In this document: positions 62,484 to 64,000 of the stretch, in pieces
Layout of the letters: each line of letters starts with the position of its first letter
How positions within the stretch are numbered: position 1 is the stretch's first letter
Origin: Octopus bimaculoides
Taxonomy: Eukaryota
NCBI RefSeq assembly: GCF_001194135.2
Contig: NC_068985.1
Span: 81,312,014-81,376,013 of the forward strand
DNA length: 64,000 nucleotides
Direction: 5' to 3'
Notes under the pieces: model-generated
Databases searched by the model: none
Seen by the model: only the letters and a program-made list of their open reading frames with translations
Told to the model about the DNA's origin: nothing
Program-made: the position numbers and the translations under genes

Positions 62484-63309
62484 TTATGCCTTTTCAAAAA
62501 AATTCAATGTTATAATAAATTAACATTAAAAAAATGAAAATTTAAACAACTTAAATAACATTTTTTCCCTTCAAAACTACTATCAAAAAAGATTGCCTGA
62601 AATATTTCTTTGCACACAAATAATTTCAATTCTAAAATATGGTAATTTGAATATTTTCTTTACCTACATTATACCTCAAAACTTCTGCAATTTTCCAACA
62701 TTTAAGAAAGGACCAGCAAACATAATATGTCTTATTGTTCAGCTACAGTTAGGATTTAATTATTATAAGCTAGCATTTCAGTAGAAGGTTACTTACAGAG
62801 TAAGTAGCAGAGTTCAAATATAAGTTTGGATTCGATCAGCTAAACCCTTCAATGTACCCCAGCATGGCCACAGACCAATGACTGAAGCAAGTGAAAAAAG
62901 TATATATTTTCTGTTATGGTGCTGAATAAAAATAGAAAATAATGCTCATTTAGTTTTTTAATATTTTTGTTCACCAAGAAAAATATTTATAATAGTGGTT
63001 TGAATATTCTTTTATTATAATGGTTTGGATATTCTTTTATCATAATCAAGTAATATAAGTATGGTGAAATTTTGGTCTCACCTCAAGTCACTTTTCAAGC
63101 ATGTGACTTAATTTGAGACAATACATTAAAACAAAAGCAATTGTAGCATGGAAGAGCCAAACCACCTTAACCATATAAATTTCAAAGGTATATAAATAGC
63201 CGATTGTGGTAGACTTCAAATTTAACCTAATATTGAAATGGAAAAAACAAAACTTAATAATTTTTTTGTCTCAAGAAGTAACTGAAAAAGTAAAATTTCA
63301 AATTGTATA

Positions 63310-63637
63310 AGAAGTTCACATTGCAATCACATGGTTTCAGCCCCTGCTATAACCCTAGGCTGACCAATGCCTTGTAAATAAATTTGGTAGGTGGAAATGG
63401 TGTGGAAGCCTGTGGTATACATATGTCTGTGCGTTTGTCTCTCACCACTGTTTAACAACTGGTGTGGGTTTGTTTACATCTCTGTAACTTCGTGATTTGG
63501 CAAAGAAACCCATAAAATAAATACCAAACTTTAAAAAGAAAATATGTACTGGGGTAGATTTATTTGACTAAATTCTTCAAAGTACTGTCCCAGTGTGGCC
63601 ACAGTCTAATGACTGAAACAAGTAAAAGATAAAAGAT
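63310..63637 (+). mobile_element. SINE family A, 5'-deleted
   Basis: ctataaccctaggctgaccaatgccttg...ccagtgtggccacagtctaatgactgaaacaagtaaaagataaaag. Confidence 0.8.
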
Positions 63638-64000
63638 TATAATATCTAATTCATTACCTAGCTGCTGTAACCTCTACTTCACAACAGTTATATTAACTCA
63701 ACTCTACCCTCCATAACAGAAGTTAGAAACATATGTGTCAATTTAGTTGACTCTGCCTTGGCTTTAATTAATGAAATAAAATTGATTTAGCTCCTTGCCT
63801 AATCAAGAAATAATTTATATACTTGTTGGTTTTAAGAGTTAAGCCAGAAATGTCCTACCTTGTGTAACCTGTACAAAATGAACTTGTATTTATATGAATG
63901 AGAACCAGTTTTAGCAAACATTCTTAAATATGTAATTTCTTATCAGTTCTGAAAATGTTTTACAAAAAGAAACATTAAAGTAGGGTTATAATTTGTTTTC

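Overview
AT-rich eukaryotic genomic DNA, not prokaryotic. It has 12 N-gaps, dense microsatellites, and tRNA-derived SINE, RTE LINE and Tc1/mariner repeats. The repeat repertoire looks like an Octopus (cephalopod) genome; this is an inference. No intact protein-coding gene could be supported, and most ORFs in the supplied track are microsatellite or gap artefacts. Supported content: at least 4 SINE-like families (about 25 copies), RTE-clade LINE fragments of two lineages, an internally deleted DD37D/maT element, a mariner derivative built from two inverted 5' ends, a MULE transposase remnant, several MITE/fold-back elements and a Helitron-type 3' end. Two signals stand out. (1) A heavily decayed reading frame at about 50.6-53.4 kb (+, possibly to 54.1 kb) shows about ten collinear, correctly spaced matches to ZNFX1, an Upf1-like RNA helicase of antiviral and small-RNA pathways. 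(2) Four hammerhead-ribozyme-like cores sit in four different repeat contexts: one apparently complete, one in a Penelope-type repeat, one at the tail of a tRNA-headed SINE, and one in the loop of a long fold-back. All homology calls are by eye and from memory of the families, and need HMM/BLAST confirmation.
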